Positions 59,756 to 64,000 of a DNA stretch of 64,000 nucleotides are shown here, in pieces. The DNA lies in assembly GCF_009914755.1 (NCBI RefSeq), contig NC_060940.1; one strand, given 5' to 3'. The notes below the pieces were generated by a model. That model had not been told where the DNA came from and searched no databases. It saw nothing but the letters and a program-made list of their open reading frames with translations. Every line of letters begins with the position of its first letter. Position 1 is the stretch's first letter. Origin of the DNA: the human T2T-CHM13v2.0 reference genome, Homo sapiens. Position numbers and translations under genes: made by a program.

Positions 59756-62700
59756 GATGATTCCACTCGATTCCATTTGATGATTATTCCATTGGAGTCC
59801 ACTTAGTGAATCCTTTAGATTCTACTCGAAGATGATTCCATTCGAGTCCATTCGATGATACCATTCAATTCCATTCGTTGATGCTTCCATTCAAGTGCAT
59901 TCGATGGTATCCTTCGATTCCATTTGATGATAATTCCATTTGATTCCATGCGATGATTCTATTCGATTCCATTCAATGATAATTCCATTCAATTCAGTGA
60001 TTCCTCTGGACTCCATTTGATGATGATTCCATTCAATGATTCCATTCGATTCTATTCGAAAATGATTCCATTTGAATCCATTTGATGATGATTCCATTAG
60101 ATTCCATTTGATGATTCCATTCGATTCCATTCGACGATGATTCCATTCGATTCCATTTGATGATTTCATTCTATTCTATGCGATGATGATTCCATTCGAT
60201 TCCATTTGATGATGATTGGATTCGATTCCATTTGATGATTTCATTTGATCCCATTCGTTAATGATTTCGGTCAATTCCATTCGATGATTCCATTCGATTC
60301 CATTCGATAATGATTACATCCGAGTCCATTCGATGATTCCATTTGAGCCTGTTCGATAATTCCATTTGAGTCCAATCAATGATTCCATTCATTTCCATTC
60401 AATGATTCCATTAGAGTCCATTTGATCATTCCGGTAGGGTCCGTTCGATGTTGATTCCATTGGAGTGCATTCGATGATTCCACTCGAGTCCATTTTATGA
60501 TTTGATTCGAGTCCTTTCGATGATTCCATTCGATTCCACTCGATGATGATTTCATTCGAGTCCATTCGACACTTCCAATCGATTCCATTTGATGTTTCCA
60601 TTCGAGTCCAATTGATGATTCCATTCAATTCCATTCGATGATGATTCCGTACGATTCCATTCTGTGATGATTCCATGTGATTGCATTCAATGATGATTCC
60701 TTTCGATTGCATTCGATTATGATTCATTTCGTGTTCATTCTATGGTTCCACAGGTTTCCATTCGTGTCCATTCCATTATTCCATTCTATTCCATTTGATG
60801 ATGATTCCATTCGATTCCATTCATTGGTGATTCCACTCAATTCCATTCAATGATTCCATTCCATTTCTTTCAACAATGATTCCATTACTTTCTAATCGAT
60901 GATCCACTTGATTCCATTTGACGACGATTCCATTCTTGTCCATTCGATGATTCCATTTGATTCCATATGATGATGATTCCATTCGATTCCATACGATGAT
61001 GATTCCATTCGAGTCCATTCAATGGTGATTCCATTCAATTCCATTCGATGATTCCTTTCGATTCCATTCGATGATGATGGCATTCGATTCCTTTCGATCA
61101 TTCCATTTGATTCCATTCAAAGGTGATTTCACTCAAGTCCATTCGATAATTGCATTCGATTCCATTCTATGATGATTCCATTCGAGTCCATTTGATGATT
61201 CCATTCAATTCAAGTCAATGATGATTCCATTCGATTCCATTCGATGATTCCATTGGATTCCATTCGATGATGATTCCATTCAAATCCATTCGATAATTCA
61301 ATTCAAGTCCATTCGATGATGATTCCAATCGAATCCATTCAAAGATTCCATTCAGTTCCATTCGATGATTCCCTTAGATTCCATTCGATGATTCCACTTG
61401 ATTCCATTTACGATGATTCCATTCGATTCCATGTGATGATTCCATTCAATTCTATTCAATGATGTTTCCATTTGATTCCATTCGACCATGATTGCCTTTG
61501 ATTCCATTCAATGATTCCATTCGGTTCCTTTTGATGATGATTCCATTCGATTCCATTTGATGATTCCATTTGATTCCATTGGATGAGTCCATTCGATTAC
61601 ATTCGATGATTATTCCATTCGAGTGCATTAGATGATTCCATTCGAGTCCATTCGATGATTCCATTCGATTCCATTCGATGTTGATTCTGTTCAAATCCAT
61701 TCGATGATTCCACTCGATTCCATTCGATGACTCCATTTGATCCCATTCGATGATTTCCTTTGATTCCCTTTGGTGATCATTCCATTTGATTCAATTCGGT
61801 GATTTCATTTGATTCCATTCAGTGATGTTTCCATTCGACTCCATTCGATGATGATTCCATTCGACTCCATTCGATTATGATTTCATTCAATTCCATTCGA
61901 TAATGATTCCCTTCGAGTCCATTCGATGATTCCATTCGATTCCATTCAACGATGATTTGATTCGTGTCCATTCGATGATTCCATTTGATTCCACTTGTTG
62001 ATGATTCCATTCGAGTCCATTTGATGATTCCATTCAATTCCATTCTCCGATGATTTCTTTTGAGCCCACTCAATGCTTCCACTCGATTCCATATGATGAT
62101 GACTCCATTCGATGAAATTCGATGATGATTCCATTCGCTTGCTTTCAATGATGATTCCACTTGAGTCCGTTAGAAGATTCTATTCAATTACATTCCATGA
62201 CGATTCCGTTCGAGTCCATTTGATGATTCCATTAGACTCCATTCGACGATGATTCCATTCGATGTTATTCGATGATTCCATTCGATCTCATTCGTTGATG
62301 ATTCCATTCAACTCTTTTCGATGTATCCATTCGAGTTCATTCTATTATTCCATTAGATTCAATTCGATGATGATTCCATTCGATTCCATTTGATGATTGC
62401 ATTCTATTTCATTTGATGATGATTCCATTCGAGTCCACTCGATGATTCCATTCGAGTCCATTTAATGAATCCATTGGTTTCAATTCTATGATGATTACAT
62501 TGGATTCCATTCGTTGATGATTTCATTCGGCTCCATTCAATGATGATTCTATTCAATTCCTTTCAATGTTTCCATTCAATTCCATGCGATGATGATTCCA
62601 TTTGATTTGATTCGACAGTGAGCCATTCGATTCAATTCCATGATGATTCTATTTTATTCAATTGGTTGACATTTCCATTCGATTCCATTCGATGATGATT

Positions 62701-64000
62701 CCCTTTGATTCCATTCAAAGATGATTCCATTCTAGCCCATTCAATCATTCCATTCGATTCTATTCAATGATGATTCCATTCATGTCGATTTGGTGATTCC
62801 ATTTGACTTCATTTGATGATGATTCCTTTCAAGTTCATTAGATGATTCCATTCGATTCCATTTGATGATGATCCCATTCGAGTCCATTCAGTGATTCCAT
62901 TCGTTTCCATTCCATGATGATTCCATTCCATTCCATGCAATGATTCCATTCGATTCCGTTTGATGATGATTTCATTCGAGTCCATTTGATGATTCCATTT
63001 GATTCCATTCGATGATGATTCCATTCGAGTCCATTCGATGATTCTATTCGAATCCATTTGATGATTTCTTTTGATTATAGTTGGTGATGATTCCATTGGA
63101 GTCCATTCAATGATTCCATTCGATTCCAATCGATGGTGATTCCACTAGAGTCCATTTAATGATTCCATTTGATTCCAGTCTCTGATGATTACATTCGAGT
63201 CCATACGATGATTCCACTCAATTCCATATCATGATGATTCCATTCGATTCCATTCGATGATTCCATTCTATTCTATTCAATGGTGATTCCATTCGAGTAC
63301 ATTAGATGATTCCATTCGATTCCATTCAATGATGATTCTATTTGTGTCCCTTAGATGATTCCACATGATTCCATTAGATGATGATACTATTTCAGCCCAT
63401 CCAATGATTCCCTTCGATTCCATTCAATGAGGATTCCATTCGATTCAATTCATTGGTGATTCTATTCAATTCAATTCTTTGATTCCATTCCATTCCATTC
63501 GACAATGATTCCATTCGATTTCTTTCGATGTTTCCACTCGATTCCACTTGACATTGATTCCATTCGATTCCATTCAATGATTCCATTTGATTCCAGTGGA
63601 TGATGATTGCCATCGATTCCGTTCGATCACTCCATTCTATTCCATTTGATGATGATTACATTCGATCCCATTTGATGATTCCATCTGATTCTATTCGAGG
63701 ATTCCATTTGATTCCATTCGATGATGATTCCATTCGAGTCCATTCGATGATTTCATTCGAGTACATCCAATGATTCCATTCGAGTCCATTTGATGATTCC
63801 ATTTGATTCCATTTGATTATGATTCTACTAGAGTCCATTCAATGACTCCATTCGAGTCCATTCAACAATTCCATTCGAGTCCATTCGATGATTCCATTCG
63901 ATTGCATTCGATGATTCCATTATATTCCATTCAACGGTGATTCCATTCGAGTCCATTCGATGATTCCATTAGAGTACATTTAATGATTGCTTTGTTTTCA
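59756..64000 (+). repeat. Partial unit running off the window, with ~768-bp deletion near 63900
   Basis: The offset to the previous unit is 6112 at 63656/57544 but 5344 at AGAGTACATTT 63971/58627. Confidence 0.83.

Larger units (their letters stand above)
1..64000 (+). repeat. Human/primate satellite II (HSat2/HSATII) tandem array, CATTC strand on +, probably subfamily HSat2B
   Basis: Continuous CATTCGATTC / ATTCCATTCGATGATG / CATTCGAGTC repeats with 23/26-bp subunits and very frequent TCGA. No long pure (CATTC)n runs of the HSat3 type were seen. The ~6.1 kb periodicity fits HSat2B. Confidence 0.97.

Noticed and set aside
130-63838. Numerous 60-165 aa ORFs, almost all on the minus strand (MESSNGIEWNHRM...)
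   Set aside because: They are translations of GAATG/GAATC/CATC repeats. The minus strand is poor in stop codons while the plus strand is full of TGA. ORFs overlap in several frames, and their ends shift between copies through point changes and frameshifting indels.
1-64000. CRISPR-like or diversity-generating repeat system suggested by 23-26 bp periodic repeats
   Set aside because: There are no unique spacers, no invariant direct repeat, and no cas, reverse transcriptase or other genes. The variation is satellite divergence.
1-64000. HSat3, alpha satellite or telomeric repeat
   Set aside because: It is dominated by CATTCGATTC and GATGAT rather than long (CATTC)n runs. No 171-bp monomers or TTAGGG arrays were seen.

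Overview
The whole 64 kb is one uninterrupted tandem satellite array in a single orientation, built from diverged CATTC-type repeats (motif CATTCGATTC, in ~23 and ~26 bp subunits such as ATTCCATTCGATTCCATTCGATG(ATG)). This is primate classical satellite II (HSat2/HSATII). By manual alignment of rare landmark words, the basic repeat is 6112 bp, which matches the ~6.1 kb period known for human HSat2B, whose main array is pericentromeric chr16q11.2; that placement is inferred. I find no credible gene, RNA gene, transposon or CRISPR array, and all listed ORFs are translations of the satellite. I found no new gene system. The interest lies in the array's architecture: a ~10 kb higher-order duplication at the left, a ~6.2 kb diverged island at 29.3-35.5 kb whose last 1.8 kb recurs at 1 and 9984, many subunit-register deletions and duplications, spatially clustered variant lineages, and a DUX4-consensus site in each copy of one segment. 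All sizes come from hand offsets, and breakpoints are uncertain by about one subunit.
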